This document shows positions 51,255 through 61,188 of a DNA stretch of 64,000 nt, in pieces (the first letter of the stretch is position 1; the number at the start of each line of letters is the position of its first letter). The notes beneath the pieces were generated by a model, which was given only the letters and a program-made list of their open reading frames with translations, was not told the origin of the DNA and did no database searches. The DNA is from Candidatus Omnitrophota bacterium (GTDB lineage Bacteria > Omnitrophota > Gorgyraeia > Zapsychrales > Zapsychraceae), in NCBI GenBank assembly GCA_003528115.1, contig DOGZ01000004.1:572-64571 (forward strand), read 5' to 3'. The translations under genes were made by a program, and so were the position numbers.

Positions 51255-54200
51255 ATGAGAAACGAAATCATTACAGAATCAGACATGAAGGTTCAAAAAA
51301 GAAATGGACAGATAGTTAACTTCAATAGCCACCGCGTGAACAAGGCTATTGGGAACGCCTTCAAGGAATTAAGAAATTTACCGCGCGAGGCAGACTTGCC
51401 CCTGGAAGATTCTGAAACGGTCGACAAAATCGCTGAGCGTATTTTTTCAGTCCTTCACGAACGTCTAACACAAAAAGCATTCTTAACGGTTGAAGAAATC
51501 CAGGATGAAGTGATCCGTCAACTGTTTGAGAACGGTCGCAAGGAAGCCGCCGAACTTTATGCCAATTACCGCAAACAACACGCCGCCCGCCGAGTTGTCT
51601 TTGAGTTGTATCTTACGATCAAGCGTGACGGCAAGACGGTTTCTTTTAAACCTGAAAAAATCACACTGGCCGTCGCCAAGGCCTTCCGTGCGAATAATAA
51701 TGGCATCCTGACGGAGGATCTTCTTAAACAATCGCAGGAAGTCGCGCAGAATGTCGTCTCGGAGATCCGCCTTCTTTGGCCGCAAGGGAGAAATATTAAC
51801 ATAGAAGAAATCCAGGACCTCGTGGAAATGCATCTGATGAAAGCCGGGTATCATGACGTAGCCAGAAGCTATATTCTCTATAGAGAACAAAGGGCCAAGG
51901 CACGCCGCGCGGATCAAAATATCCAAGAACAAAATGTCTTCGTCACGTGGGATAAGAAAATTTCTTATAAAACAAAAACGGGCGAAGACAAACCGGTTAA
52001 CTTTAAGGATATCGCTTTCCAGATCGAGTCTTGCTGTCAGGGGCTGGAAAATGTTTCGTCCCAGAAAATATTAAACGAGGCGGTCAAAAATTATTTTCAA
52101 GGTATTGGTGAGGAACAAATCACTGCCGCCAATATTATGGCGGCCAAGGCTTTTCTGGAAGTGGAACCCGATTATACTTCTGTCGCGGCACGCCTTTTGC
52201 TTCTTAAGGCTTACCAAGAAGCCCTGGAAAAGGAAGAGAGTTTTGAAACCATCAAGACGGAGTATGGACCCTATTTTAAAAAATATGTTCACAAGGCCGT
52301 TGAACTGGAACTACTCAGCACGGATCTGCTTCAATTCGATTTGCCATTATTAGGAAATTATTTAAAACCTAAAAGAGATTTCCTCTTTCAATATATGGGA
52401 TTGCAAACCCTTTACGACCGCTACTTCATCCATTGGGAAGGAAAACGATTAGAACTGCCGCAAATATTTTGGATGCGTGTGGCCATGGGGCTGGCGAAAA
52501 ACGAAGGAAAGCAAAGAAATGAGAAGGCGATTGAGTTTTACAATATCTTATCTACCTTTAGATACGTCGCCTCCACACCCACCCTGTTTAATTCCGGTAC
52601 CCTGCATTCGCAATTATCCTCTTGTTTCTTAACTACCGTCGATGATGACCTCGCGCACATTTTTAAAAATTATCAAGATGATGCCATGCTTTCCAAATGG
52701 AGCGGGGGGCTCGGTAATGACTGGACTAATGTACGGGCGATGGGATCACGCATCAAGGGCACGAATGGTAAAAGCCAGGGCATCATCCCGTTCCTTAAAG
52801 TCGCCAATGATACGGCTCTGGCCGTGAATCAGGGAGGCAAGAGGCAGGGAGCCATGTGCGCTTATCTGGAGACCTGGCATTTGGACATTGAGGAATTCCT
52901 GAACTTGCGCAAGAACACCGGCGATGATCGTCGCCGGACCCATGACATGCATACGGCTAACTGGATCCCGGATTTATTTATGATAAGGGTACGTGAAAAT
53001 GGTTTATGGACGTTATTCAGCCCCAATGAAACCCCGGATTTACATCATATCTATGGAAAGACCTTCGAAAAGCGGTATCAAGAGTATGAACTTCTGGCCA
53101 AAGAAGGGAAACTCAAACAATTTAAAGTGATGCCGGCCATTGACCTCTGGCGCAAAATGTTGAATATGCTATTTGAAACCGGCCATCCATGGATCACCTG
53201 GAAGGACCCCTCGAATATCCGCTCCGCCCAGGACCATGTGGGGACCGTTCACAGTTCCAATCTCTGCACCGAGATATTGCTCAACACCAGCAAAGAGGAA
53301 ACGGCCGTGTGTAATTTGGGCTCAATTAATCTCGCGGAACATATCACGGCGCAGGGGCTGGATCTCAAAAGGCTGAAAGAAACCGTTGACACCGCCGTAC
53401 GCATGCTGGACAACGTCGTTGATATTAATTATTATCCGACTGCCGAGGCCAAAAACGCCAATCAAAAACACCGCCCTATCGGTCTGGGGTTAATGGGATT
53501 TCAGGATGCCTTATTCATTCAGAACATCGCTTACGCGTCCAAGGAGGCGGTTCAGTTTGCCGATGAAAGCATGGAGGCCATCTCCTATTACGCGATTTTG
53601 GCCTCCATCCATTTGGCCAAGGAAAAGGGGGTCTATGACACCTACAAATGCTCCAAGTGGGATCGAGGACTTCTGCCGATCGACACCATCGCCCTTCTTG
53701 AAGAACAACGCGGCGGTTTTCTGGATATGGACAGATCCTGCCGCATGGATTGGAATCTTGTCCGGGAAGAACTCAAGAAATATGGGTTGCGTAACAGCCA
53801 GGTCATGGCCATCGCCCCAACCGCCACGATCGGCAATATCATCGGGGTGACAGCCTCCATCGAACCGCTTTATAAAAACATTTTTGTTAAAAGCAATCTC
53901 TCCGGAGAATTCACGGTGGTGAATGAATTCCTGGTCAAAGATTTGAAAAAACTCGGCCTTTGGGACCGAGCCATGATCGATGATCTCAAATATTTTGACG
54001 GCAGCGTGCAGGAAATAGCACGGATCCCGGAGCAGCTTAAACGGAAATACGCCACGGCCTTTGAGATTGAATATGAATGGTTGATCGAAGCGGCCAGCCG
54101 TCGTCAGAAATGGATCGATATGGGACAATCCCTTAACCTTTATCAAGCTAAACCCAGCGGTAAGAAAGTTAATGATATGTACATGCTGGCGTGGGACAAG

Positions 54201-54389
54201 GGACTCAAGACGACGTATTACTTAAGATCCATGGGCGCCACCCGTATTGAGAAAAGCACCCTGGATATTACAAAATACAGTAACGTCGTTGGCCGTCGTG
54301 AACGGGATGAATTCGGACGGGTCACTGGATCCGATATGCCCATCGCATCCGGCCTGGCGTCAACAGAGGGTTGTGAGGCGTGTCAATAG
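51255..54389 (+). CDS. nrdA: Ribonucleoside-diphosphate reductase alpha subunit, class Ia, with multiple N-terminal ATP-cone domains.
   Basis: 1044 aa. ATP-cone repeats VQKRNGQIVNFN and IKRDGKTVSFKPEKI. Catalytic core blocks NLCTEI and CNLGSINL, and a C-terminal Cys pair. Confidence 0.9.
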   Translation: MRNEIITESDMKVQKRNGQIVNFNSHRVNKAIGNAFKELRNLPREADLPLEDSETVDKIAERIFSVLHERLTQKAFLTVEEIQDEVIRQLFENGRKEAAELYANYRKQHAARRVVFELYLTIKRDGKTVSFKPEKITLAVAKAFRANNNGILTEDLLKQSQEVAQNVVSEIRLLWPQGRNINIEEIQDLVEMHLMKAGYHDVARSYILYREQRAKARRADQNIQEQNVFVTWDKKISYKTKTGEDKPVNFKDIAFQIESCCQGLENVSSQKILNEAVKNYFQGIGEEQITAANIMAAKAFLEVEPDYTSVAARLLLLKAYQEALEKEESFETIKTEYGPYFKKYVHKAVELELLSTDLLQFDLPLLGNYLKPKRDFLFQYMGLQTLYDRYFIHWEGKRLELPQIFWMRVAMGLAKNEGKQRNEKAIEFYNILSTFRYVASTPTLFNSGTLHSQLSSCFLTTVDDDLAHIFKNYQDDAMLSKWSGGLGNDWTNVRAMGSRIKGTNGKSQGIIPFLKVANDTALAVNQGGKRQGAMCAYLETWHLDIEEFLNLRKNTGDDRRRTHDMHTANWIPDLFMIRVRENGLWTLFSPNETPDLHHIYGKTFEKRYQEYELLAKEGKLKQFKVMPAIDLWRKMLNMLFETGHPWITWKDPSNIRSAQDHVGTVHSSNLCTEILLNTSKEETAVCNLGSINLAEHITAQGLDLKRLKETVDTAVRMLDNVVDINYYPTAEAKNANQKHRPIGLGLMGFQDALFIQNIAYASKEAVQFADESMEAISYYAILASIHLAKEKGVYDTYKCSKWDRGLLPIDTIALLEEQRGGFLDMDRSCRMDWNLVREELKKYGLRNSQVMAIAPTATIGNIIGVTASIEPLYKNIFVKSNLSGEFTVVNEFLVKDLKKLGLWDRAMIDDLKYFDGSVQEIARIPEQLKRKYATAFEIEYEWLIEAASRRQKWIDMGQSLNLYQAKPSGKKVNDMYMLAWDKGLKTTYYLRSMGATRIEKSTLDITKYSNVVGRRERDEFGRVTGSDMPIASGLASTEGCEACQ

Positions 54390-54469
54390 AGAGGGATGAT
54401 ACAGGTTGTTTGAAGGATAAAGGATAAAGGATTAAAGTTAAAGAACTAAAGAAAAGAATGGAGGGTCAC

Positions 54470-55516
54470 ATGACGATCTCTTCACTGCGTATGACCAGAG
54501 ACAAAGTCACCGTTGATAATAAAAAGGTCATCAATAATGACCGTGCCGTCGATTGTAATCAATTGGTTCCCATCAAATATAAATGGGCCTGGCATTATTA
54601 TTTGGACGGCTGCGCCAATCACTGGATGCCCACAGAGGTCTCTATGCAAAGAGACATCGAACAATGGAAAGACCCGCTGGGATTTACCGAGGATGAGCGG
54701 CATGTCATCAAACGCACCTTTGGATTCTTCGCCACCGCTGAAACCCTTGTCGGAAACAATATTGTCTTAGCCATTTATAAATTTGTCGATAATCCGGAAT
54801 GCCGTCAATACTTGTTGCGCCAGGCGTTTGAAGAGGCTATTCACGCGCACGCCTTTCAATATATCGTCCAGTCTTTATCCCTCAATGAGATTGAGATGTT
54901 CAATATGTACCGGGAGGTAAAGACAATCTTTGACAAGGATGAATTCTCCATGATCTACACAGACGGTGTCCTAAACCCTGCCTTCGATACACGATCTACT
55001 CTGGGTCTGCAGACATTCTTGAGGAATCTAATCGCGTATTACGGGGTGACGGAAGGGATCTTCTTTTACAGCGGTTTTGTGATTATGCTCTCTTTCGGCC
55101 GACAGAACAGAATGCCCGGTTCCGCCGAACAGATTCAGTATATCTTGCGCGACGAGAGTATCCACATGAATTTCGGCATTGAATTGATCAATACCATTGT
55201 GGATGAAAATCCCGCGGTCTGGTCGTCGGAATTTCAACAATCGATTGTGTCGAGTGTCAAGAAAGCCGTGGAATTGGAATGCGCCTACACCCGGGAATGT
55301 CTTCCGCGGGGCGTCCTGGGGCTCAACGCCGATCTCCTGGGTGAATACGTGCAACACATCGCGGACCGTCGTTTGGAGAAACTGCGCCTGCCGACGCAGT
55401 ACGGCTCTAGAAATCCGTTTCCGTGGATGAGTGAGGTCATCGACCTTAAGAAAGAGAAGAACTTTTTTGAAACCCGCGTGACAGAATATCAGACGGGCGG
55501 AGCGCTGGAATGGTAA
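54470..55516 (+). CDS. nrdB: Ribonucleoside-diphosphate reductase beta (R2) subunit. The start is taken at the ATG at 54470, which has a GGAGGG SD.
   Basis: Di-iron ligand blocks EEAIHAHAF and [11 protein letters not shown]-terminal tail typical of R2. Confidence 0.85.
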   Translation: MTISSLRMTRDKVTVDNKKVINNDRAVDCNQLVPIKYKWAWHYYLDGCANHWMPTEVSMQRDIEQWKDPLGFTEDERHVIKRTFGFFATAETLVGNNIVLAIYKFVDNPECRQYLLRQAFEEAIHAHAFQYIVQSLSLNEIEMFNMYREVKTIFDKDEFSMIYTDGVLNPAFDTRSTLGLQTFLRNLIAYYGVTEGIFFYSGFVIMLSFGRQNRMPGSAEQIQYILRDESIHMNFGIELINTIVDENPAVWSSEFQQSIVSSVKKAVELECAYTRECLPRGVLGLNADLLGEYVQHIADRRLEKLRLPTQYGSRNPFPWMSEVIDLKKEKNFFETRVTEYQTGGALEW

Positions 55517-55585
55517 TAAATGCCGTGCGTTCGAGATGTCGAACCCGCGTTCAATATCTGACCGCCATAATCAGAAGGTGAATTT

Positions 55586-56008
55586 ATGCCCTGTACCGAC
55601 AGCTCATCAAGTATTATCCTGCAATTGGATCACGAAGAGAAATTTGTCTCTTTCAATTTTGTCAAAGTGACGTGTGGCAAAGAGATTGAGACCGACGCGC
55701 GCTATGGCCGATACTGCGCAGGGAAGAGCTTGGGGGATCTACTCAAAATTTCTTTTCAGCAGGCCGTTGATGATCTCAAGATCGACAATGAAGAGGAACA
55801 ATTTATTCTTTATCTGGTGTGGGACGCGCTTCGTTCCTCTCTTGCCCAATACGGGGGGTTCCATGACCCGGAAATCGATAAAGACCGCTGCCACATTCAA
55901 TCGGTTGAGCACAATGAGGAAGGGGTGAAAATTACCCAGATTATATTGCCGCCCCAGGAATTACCCCCGCTTGATCCCTGCCGCAAGCATCATCATCCAA
56001 ATACCTGA
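55586..56008 (+). CDS. Hypothetical 140 aa cytoplasmic protein with five Cys. No recognised family.
   Basis: An open frame with plausible coding composition, located between nrdB and the convergent ilvN. No motif assignable. Confidence 0.3.
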   Translation: MPCTDSSSSIILQLDHEEKFVSFNFVKVTCGKEIETDARYGRYCAGKSLGDLLKISFQQAVDDLKIDNEEEQFILYLVWDALRSSLAQYGGFHDPEIDKDRCHIQSVEHNEEGVKITQIILPPQELPPLDPCRKHHHPNT

Positions 56009-56057
56009 CATTCTGGGAATGGTGTCAAAGAGAGGGAAGAGGCAGGGGAGGCGCTTA

Positions 56058-56567
56058 TTACGTCGATTCTTTTCCTTTAGCCATGACAAGCTTTCCGGAA
56101 CGCACCATCTCTATAATGCCGTATTTGCGCAACATGGTTTCAAATTCGTCCAGCGCGATTGTTGTTCCGGCCTGCTTAATAATGAAGGCCTTGGGGGACT
56201 CATCAATGATGCAAGCGTTGTGCTTCTTGCAAAGTTTAGGGATGATGGCCTTATTGGTGGGCGTGGATTTGACCTTCACTAAAGCCAATTCCCGGTGAAC
56301 GGCATCAATGCCTGTGTGCTCACTGGCGTGGATGACATCAATCAGTTTGGAGACTTGCTTAATAATTTGATCCAGGGCTTTTGGATCCCCTTGGGCCGTG
56401 ATGGTCATTCGGGAAAAACGCGAATCAAAAGAAGGGGACACAACAAGCGAATCAATATTGTACCCGCGCCGGGAAAAAACCAGGGCCACACGCACCAGTA
56501 CCCCGGGTTTGTTCGCTACCAAAAGACTGATGGTGTGAATATCTTTTCGTTGCTCAGTAGGGCTCAT
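56058..56567 (-). CDS. ilvN: Acetolactate synthase small (regulatory, ACT-domain) subunit.
   Basis: HTISLLVANKPGVLVRVALVFSRRGYNIDSL ACT-domain signature. Immediately downstream of ilvB. Confidence 0.85.
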   Translation of the reverse strand: MSPTEQRKDIHTISLLVANKPGVLVRVALVFSRRGYNIDSLVVSPSFDSRFSRMTITAQGDPKALDQIIKQVSKLIDVIHASEHTGIDAVHRELALVKVKSTPTNKAIIPKLCKKHNACIIDESPKAFIIKQAGTTIALDEFETMLRKYGIIEMVRSGKLVMAKGKEST

Positions 56568-56640
56568 GGAATAAACCTCAACTCTTTATTAATATATTTA
56601 ATTTGTGAATATTGAAAAAAATTCTCAATCCGGAAACGCG

Positions 56641-58380
56641 TTAAGTACTTCCTACCGGTTTCTCGAGTTTCGTTTTGGGTGGTTCGACAATCATGTGGTA
56701 CGCCGAGCGCCCGGCCGGGACCATGGGAAACACGTTATCTTCTTTAATCACTTCGGCATGAATCACCACAGGTCCTTTGTGTTCCATAGCCTCGGTTAAT
56801 TTCTTCCGCACGTCTTTCACATTGTCGATATGGATCCCCTTAACTCCATAGGCCTCAGCCAGCTTCACGAAGTCGGGATTGCCTTCCAAATCCACGCCGG
56901 AATAACGGTTGTCAAAAAATAATTCCTGCCATTGGCGCACCATGCCCAGATATTTGTTGTCGATAATAACAATCTTGACTGGCAGTTTATTGATCGCCAG
57001 GGTCGCCAATTCACACAGCGTCATCTGAAAACCGCCGTCACCGACAATAGCCACCACCAGATTGTGCGGCTTTCCAAGCTGGGCGCCGATCGCGGCCGGA
57101 AATCCGAATCCCATGGTGCCGGCACCGCCGGAGGAAATCCAATGATCGGGATAATCGCTGAGATAAAATTGCGCGGCCCACATCTGATGCTGCCCCACAT
57201 CCGTGGTCACAATCGCCTTGCCTTTAGTCACTTTATACACTTCATCGATGACGCACTGCGCTGTTAATCCCTCTTCAAGACTGTAATGCAAAGGGAATTC
57301 TTCACGGTAAAACGCTATTTCCTTTAACCATTCCTCAGTATCCAGCGGCCCGACGTGCTTAATCAATTCTTCGACAACCAACCGGGCGTCCCCCACCACA
57401 CTGGCATCGGGTTGCACGATCTTGCCGATTTCAGCCGGATCAATATCAATATGGAGTTTTTTCGCTCCGATACAAAATTCATCATTATTTCCGTTGATAC
57501 GGTCGTCCCAGCGGCAACCGATGGAACAAATCAAATCGCAATTAATCAAGGCCTTGTTGGAATAGGCCGTTCCATGCATACCGATCATACCCAAGGAAAG
57601 GGCGTGGGTCTCCGGGAAAACGCCTTTTCCCAACAACGTGTTGATGACGGGCGCTTTCAGCTTTAAAGCCAATTCCCGGACGGCTTTGTCCGCCCTGGCC
57701 AGGACAGCCCCATGGCCGACCAGCAATAAAGGTTTTTTGGAACCTTTAAACATCTTGGCCATCTTCAGGACATCTTTTTTATTAGGCTCGGCTGTGAAGG
57801 AATATCCCGGAATGTCCATGGGAGGATTCAAAGAAGTTTCACAAGGGCCCGACGTCACATCTTTAGGTAAATCAATTAAAACCGGTCCAGGACGGCCGGT
57901 GCTGGAGATATGAAAGGCTTCTTTAATAATCCGGGGAATATCGTTGGAGTTCTTCACTAAATAACTATGTTTAACAACCGGCATAGAAATACCCGCGATA
58001 TCCGCTTCCTGAAACGCGTCTTTTCCGAGCATGGACGTAATGACCTGACCGGTCAAGACAATCATCGGAATTGAGTCCATATGGGCCGTCATGATACCGG
58101 TCACAATATTCGTTGCCCCGGGCCCGCTGGTCACAACCACCACCCCGGGTTTCCCGGTCGCCCGCGCGTAACCGTCCGCCATGTGCGTGGCGCCTTGTTC
58201 GTGGCGGACTAAAATCAATTTGATTTTCGATCCCACCAGGGCGTCGAAGATCGGGATCGCGGCGCCGCCGGAAAGGCCGAAGATATATTCGACACCATGG
58301 TTTTCCAAACATCTCACCAGCGCCTCGGCACCGGTTAACACATTTTCTTTTTTAACTTTGGAAATTTTCTTAGCGTTCAT
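56641..58380 (-). CDS. ilvB: Acetolactate synthase large (catalytic) subunit (TPP/FAD enzyme).
   Basis: 579 aa. [25 protein letters not shown]-terminus and a TPP-binding GDGGFQM block. Confidence 0.9.
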   Translation of the reverse strand: MNAKKISKVKKENVLTGAEALVRCLENHGVEYIFGLSGGAAIPIFDALVGSKIKLILVRHEQGATHMADGYARATGKPGVVVVTSGPGATNIVTGIMTAHMDSIPMIVLTGQVITSMLGKDAFQEADIAGISMPVVKHSYLVKNSNDIPRIIKEAFHISSTGRPGPVLIDLPKDVTSGPCETSLNPPMDIPGYSFTAEPNKKDVLKMAKMFKGSKKPLLLVGHGAVLARADKAVRELALKLKAPVINTLLGKGVFPETHALSLGMIGMHGTAYSNKALINCDLICSIGCRWDDRINGNNDEFCIGAKKLHIDIDPAEIGKIVQPDASVVGDARLVVEELIKHVGPLDTEEWLKEIAFYREEFPLHYSLEEGLTAQCVIDEVYKVTKGKAIVTTDVGQHQMWAAQFYLSDYPDHWISSGGAGTMGFGFPAAIGAQLGKPHNLVVAIVGDGGFQMTLCELATLAINKLPVKIVIIDNKYLGMVRQWQELFFDNRYSGVDLEGNPDFVKLAEAYGVKGIHIDNVKDVRKKLTEAMEHKGPVVIHAEVIKEDNVFPMVPAGRSAYHMIVEPPKTKLEKPVGST

Positions 58381-58558
58381 ATACGTCCTATTGAGAAATA
58401 TTTACAGGACTTTCGCGTTTGGATCGCCGAACACAAAAGTCCTGATTTAAATTCATCAGATTAAGGGTGTATGTTATCACACGAACCTGAAATGATGCAA
58501 GATTTTTTCCGACGAATTCTTTCCGATGAATTCTTTTCCTCTGTTATAACACCGCCAG

Positions 58559-59182
58559 CTACCTCCTTCGTGGAGGAGGCGGGGGAGGCGGTGGAGGCGG
58601 AGGCGGTGGAGGCGGAGGTGGTGGTGGTGGTGGTGGTGGTGGTGGTCCACCGCCACCGCCGCCACCAGATGGAGGCGGAGGTGGTGGTGGTGGTGGAGGC
58701 GGAGGTGGTGGTGGGCCATTACACACACAACTTGCACACACGCCATCTTTATACGTCGCGCTGGTTGAGATTGTTACAGGTATATAGTGTAAACCAATTT
58801 GTTCAAGAGTTTTTGAGTTGTTTTCAAACTCGACAATTTTATTTTTCAGATCCAGTCCTGTTACTTGACTCGAAGCAGGTGGCCAGAATTGGAAGTCCAC
58901 GCTCCAGGGGATGGTGCCGTTACAACCGGCATCGATCGTACCGCTGTTTTGATAGGGAAGATTGAAAATATCTAGTGTTACCGTTTGAGATTTATCTGAA
59001 AACACGCATCCCCCGCAGGAGCTGCATCCCCAGGTACAAGTACACGTCGGACACGCGTCCCCGGCGGAACATTCTTTGATGTTTAAAAAAGGTTTTGGAC
59101 CAATGCTGGAGGTTAGAAAGAGAAGACAGGAGCAGAACAATCCGTAGATTAAAATTCTTTTATTTATTATAAATTCGCCCAT
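58559..59182 (-). CDS. Secreted Cys-rich protein of unknown function with a C-terminal poly-Pro/poly-Gly tail ending in RRR.
   Basis: Signal-peptide-like N-terminus. Cys cluster CSAGDACPTCTCTWGCSSCGGC. The tail is encoded by the (GGN)n repeat. Lies 16 bp downstream of the co-oriented secreted gene at 59199-60182. Confidence 0.5.
   Translation of the reverse strand: MGEFIINKRILIYGLFCSCLLFLTSSIGPKPFLNIKECSAGDACPTCTCTWGCSSCGGCVFSDKSQTVTLDIFNLPYQNSGTIDAGCNGTIPWSVDFQFWPPASSQVTGLDLKNKIVEFENNSKTLEQIGLHYIPVTISTSATYKDGVCASCVCNGPPPPPPPPPPPPPPPSGGGGGGGPPPPPPPPPPPPPPPPPPPPPPPPPRRR
58571..58716. repeat. About 145 bp simple-sequence repeat of GGN triplets on the + strand, including perfect (GGT)8 and (GGT)5 runs. 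It is interrupted by a 20 bp inverted CCN segment at 58647-58666.
   Basis: Read directly. On the minus strand it encodes P17-S-G7-P25. Confidence 0.8.
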
Positions 59183-59198
59183 GTCTATCGCCTTTATG

Positions 59199-60182
59199 TT
59201 AGAAGCTAAGAACTTTATTTATTTCGATAAAGAAATCCTGTTTAAGTATTGCTTTAATATTTTTTGTACTGTTATGGCTTGTGGAAACTTCCACCCAATA
59301 GCACCAATCCTCATCCGCGGGCATTCCAACCATAATTTCCTGAGATATTATGTTTTGTGAGAAGCCGCTATTCATATCTGAGAGACACAGTGCATCTTCC
59401 GGACAGCTTGATACAATATCGTCATCTATGAGGTCATCTGATCTATCAATTGTTCTTTCTCTTCTTCTGGATTCATATTTGCTACCCGGAGCGTTTCTTC
59501 TTAATCTCACATCAGCATGTAAAGTTTCATTCTTCGCGTTAACCTGAATTCCCCCCCCCCATGAAATGGCATAGAGTCCATTCCCGGCTATTTTTGATTT
59601 AGCTTTAGTTTTAACCAATATCCCGTTACGCTTTTTACAAAAGTCAGTGTAGTCACCCGCGTCTTTAATCTGCCAGTCTGAAAGGATTTTCCACTTATCG
59701 CCTTTGGAACTGGAGAAATTCGAGTCTGAACTTTTTTTAAATGTCGCAACATACATTTCGCTTGTTCCTGACAGATCCTTCCACTCAACACCATTAAAAA
59801 ATTTGAATTTATCTCCACTTTTGTCGTAATACATCGTCCCTTGTTGAGCCTTGAAATCTATACCTTTGACATTCATAATTGAAGGATGACTTAATGAATC
59901 ATTCTTTAAAGTTGGATCCATTGGTGTTAAGGAGATTGAGCCAGGTGGTGATTCTTTATCGAGTGTTTCCTGGTCAAGGGTTTCCGAGTTGGCGTCTTTA
60001 ATATTGATTGAATAAATATTCAGTGTTTTAATTTGGGCCTGATCGGCCTCGAGCTTTTGATAAGCCCCATGTGGCGCGGGATAATATGTGCTAAATTTAA
60101 GGGTATCAGAATGAGATAGGGAAGGCAGACACAAAATGAAAAATATGTTATAGAGAAAATACTTTAAAATAATTTTCTTCAT
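59199..60182 (-). CDS. Secreted hypothetical protein (327 aa) carrying an in-frame G10 homopolymer tract.
   Basis: Sec-type signal peptide MKKIILKYFLYNIFFILCLPSLSHS. No recognised domain. Operonic with the poly-Pro protein. Confidence 0.5.
   Translation of the reverse strand: MKKIILKYFLYNIFFILCLPSLSHSDTLKFSTYYPAPHGAYQKLEADQAQIKTLNIYSINIKDANSETLDQETLDKESPPGSISLTPMDPTLKNDSLSHPSIMNVKGIDFKAQQGTMYYDKSGDKFKFFNGVEWKDLSGTSEMYVATFKKSSDSNFSSSKGDKWKILSDWQIKDAGDYTDFCKKRNGILVKTKAKSKIAGNGLYAISWGGGIQVNAKNETLHADVRLRRNAPGSKYESRRRERTIDRSDDLIDDDIVSSCPEDALCLSDMNSGFSQNIISQEIMVGMPADEDWCYWVEVSTSHNSTKNIKAILKQDFFIEINKVLSF
59551..59560. repeat. C10 homopolymer on the + strand, G10 on the coding strand, inside the secreted gene. 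It encodes WGGG.
   Basis: aattccccccccccatgaaatgg. Confidence 0.9.
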
Positions 60183-60615
60183 TTTTCCCTCTCCTTTAGC
60201 CTAGGACCGCCTTTCTTCATCAAGAAGAATGATCCATAAGCAATTTTTACATCCGTTGTAACTATAATTGGACAACTCCGACTTTACAAGGGATAAAAGT
60301 TTTTATTTTATGAAAAACGTTTAACAAAAAAAATCCAAGATATTGTAAAGATATGGAAATAAAAGACTTCGAATACTGCTCATAAATCTCTTTTTTATAA
60401 AGCAACCGTTTCCTTCTTCATTACAGAAATGTTGCATCCATCGCTTGAGTATCAAACATCGTGGGGAATTTGTTCGTGTCTGGAGAACCCTCACCCGAGT
60501 TCAAAAAACTCTCCACCTTATATTCCCTGATCTTTGGTCTGGACACAGGAAGCATTTTAGAGTACGCTTCCTTTTCGGGAGCGCTGAGGGAGTTAATGAA
60601 TTTATTTTTTTTCAC

Positions 60616-61188
60616 ATGATAAAAAAAATTTCGACCAATATTTTCATTGTCCTAGTCTTAGGAATGATGGCGCTGGCCAACATCCTAAGTGATTCGGGAC
60701 CCTATTATCTTCCCTATAACAGTCAACAACCCACCATGATTAAGGCGACTCAATGGTTCAATAACCTGCAAGGCGCCTATTATAATCTTTGCTGGACGGC
60801 GGGTCTTAGAAATTACTGGCGGATGTTCGCGCCCGTTGACCGCTTCAACTGGCAGTTTATCATTACGGCGGTCTACCCAGACGGCGGCAAAGAAAGAATC
60901 CTCATGCCCAGCCAGCAAAAACAAAACTTTATCGAATACAATTTTGTCAACTTTCGTGAAGGAAAATATGAATTAAATATTTATAACGATGAAAAAGGGC
61001 AGGCGGCGCTGGGAAAATATTTTTGCCGGACGTATAAGGGCTTGAAAGATAGTGTACCCCAAAAAATAGAAATCGAACGCACCTGGCAGATCTTTGTTGC
61101 CACAAACAAAGAGGACAAAAATTATTTTTATCGTCATCCTACCTGGACCCGGCAATTTGTCCGGGCCGTATCTTGTGAGGATCTTTAA
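60616..61188 (+). CDS. Small hypothetical protein with an N-terminal membrane anchor or signal. It is translationally coupled to the HTTM protein. The start is uncertain; the ORF-track frame opens at 60445.
   Basis: Hydrophobic N-terminus MIKKISTNIFIVLVLGMMALANIL. Its stop at 61188 abuts the next start at 61189. Confidence 0.3.
   Translation: MIKKISTNIFIVLVLGMMALANILSDSGPYYLPYNSQQPTMIKATQWFNNLQGAYYNLCWTAGLRNYWRMFAPVDRFNWQFIITAVYPDGGKERILMPSQQKQNFIEYNFVNFREGKYELNIYNDEKGQAALGKYFCRTYKGLKDSVPQKIEIERTWQIFVATNKEDKNYFYRHPTWTRQFVRAVSCEDL

Noticed and set aside
53511-54146. A 211 aa minus-strand ORF, together with other long antisense ORFs at 5112-5591, 48257-48712 and 51483-51932.
   Set aside because: Each is fully embedded antisense in a confidently identified gene (nrdA, the M48 peptidase, menE). 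They have no motifs and are typical high-GC-codon shadow ORFs.
58381-58558. An 8 bp-stem hairpin, AGGACTTT ... AAAGTCCT, upstream of ilvB. Considered as an ilv leader-peptide attenuator.
   Set aside because: The only small minus-strand ORF there ([22 protein letters not shown]) is not rich in branched-chain amino acid codons, and no T-run follows the hairpin.
58471-58965. A + strand 164 aa ORF with poly-Val and poly-Glu/Ala runs.
   Set aside because: It is the alternative-frame reading of the (GGN)n repeat. It has no signal peptide, RBS or domain, whereas the minus-strand reading gives a coherent signal-peptide protein abutting its operon partner.
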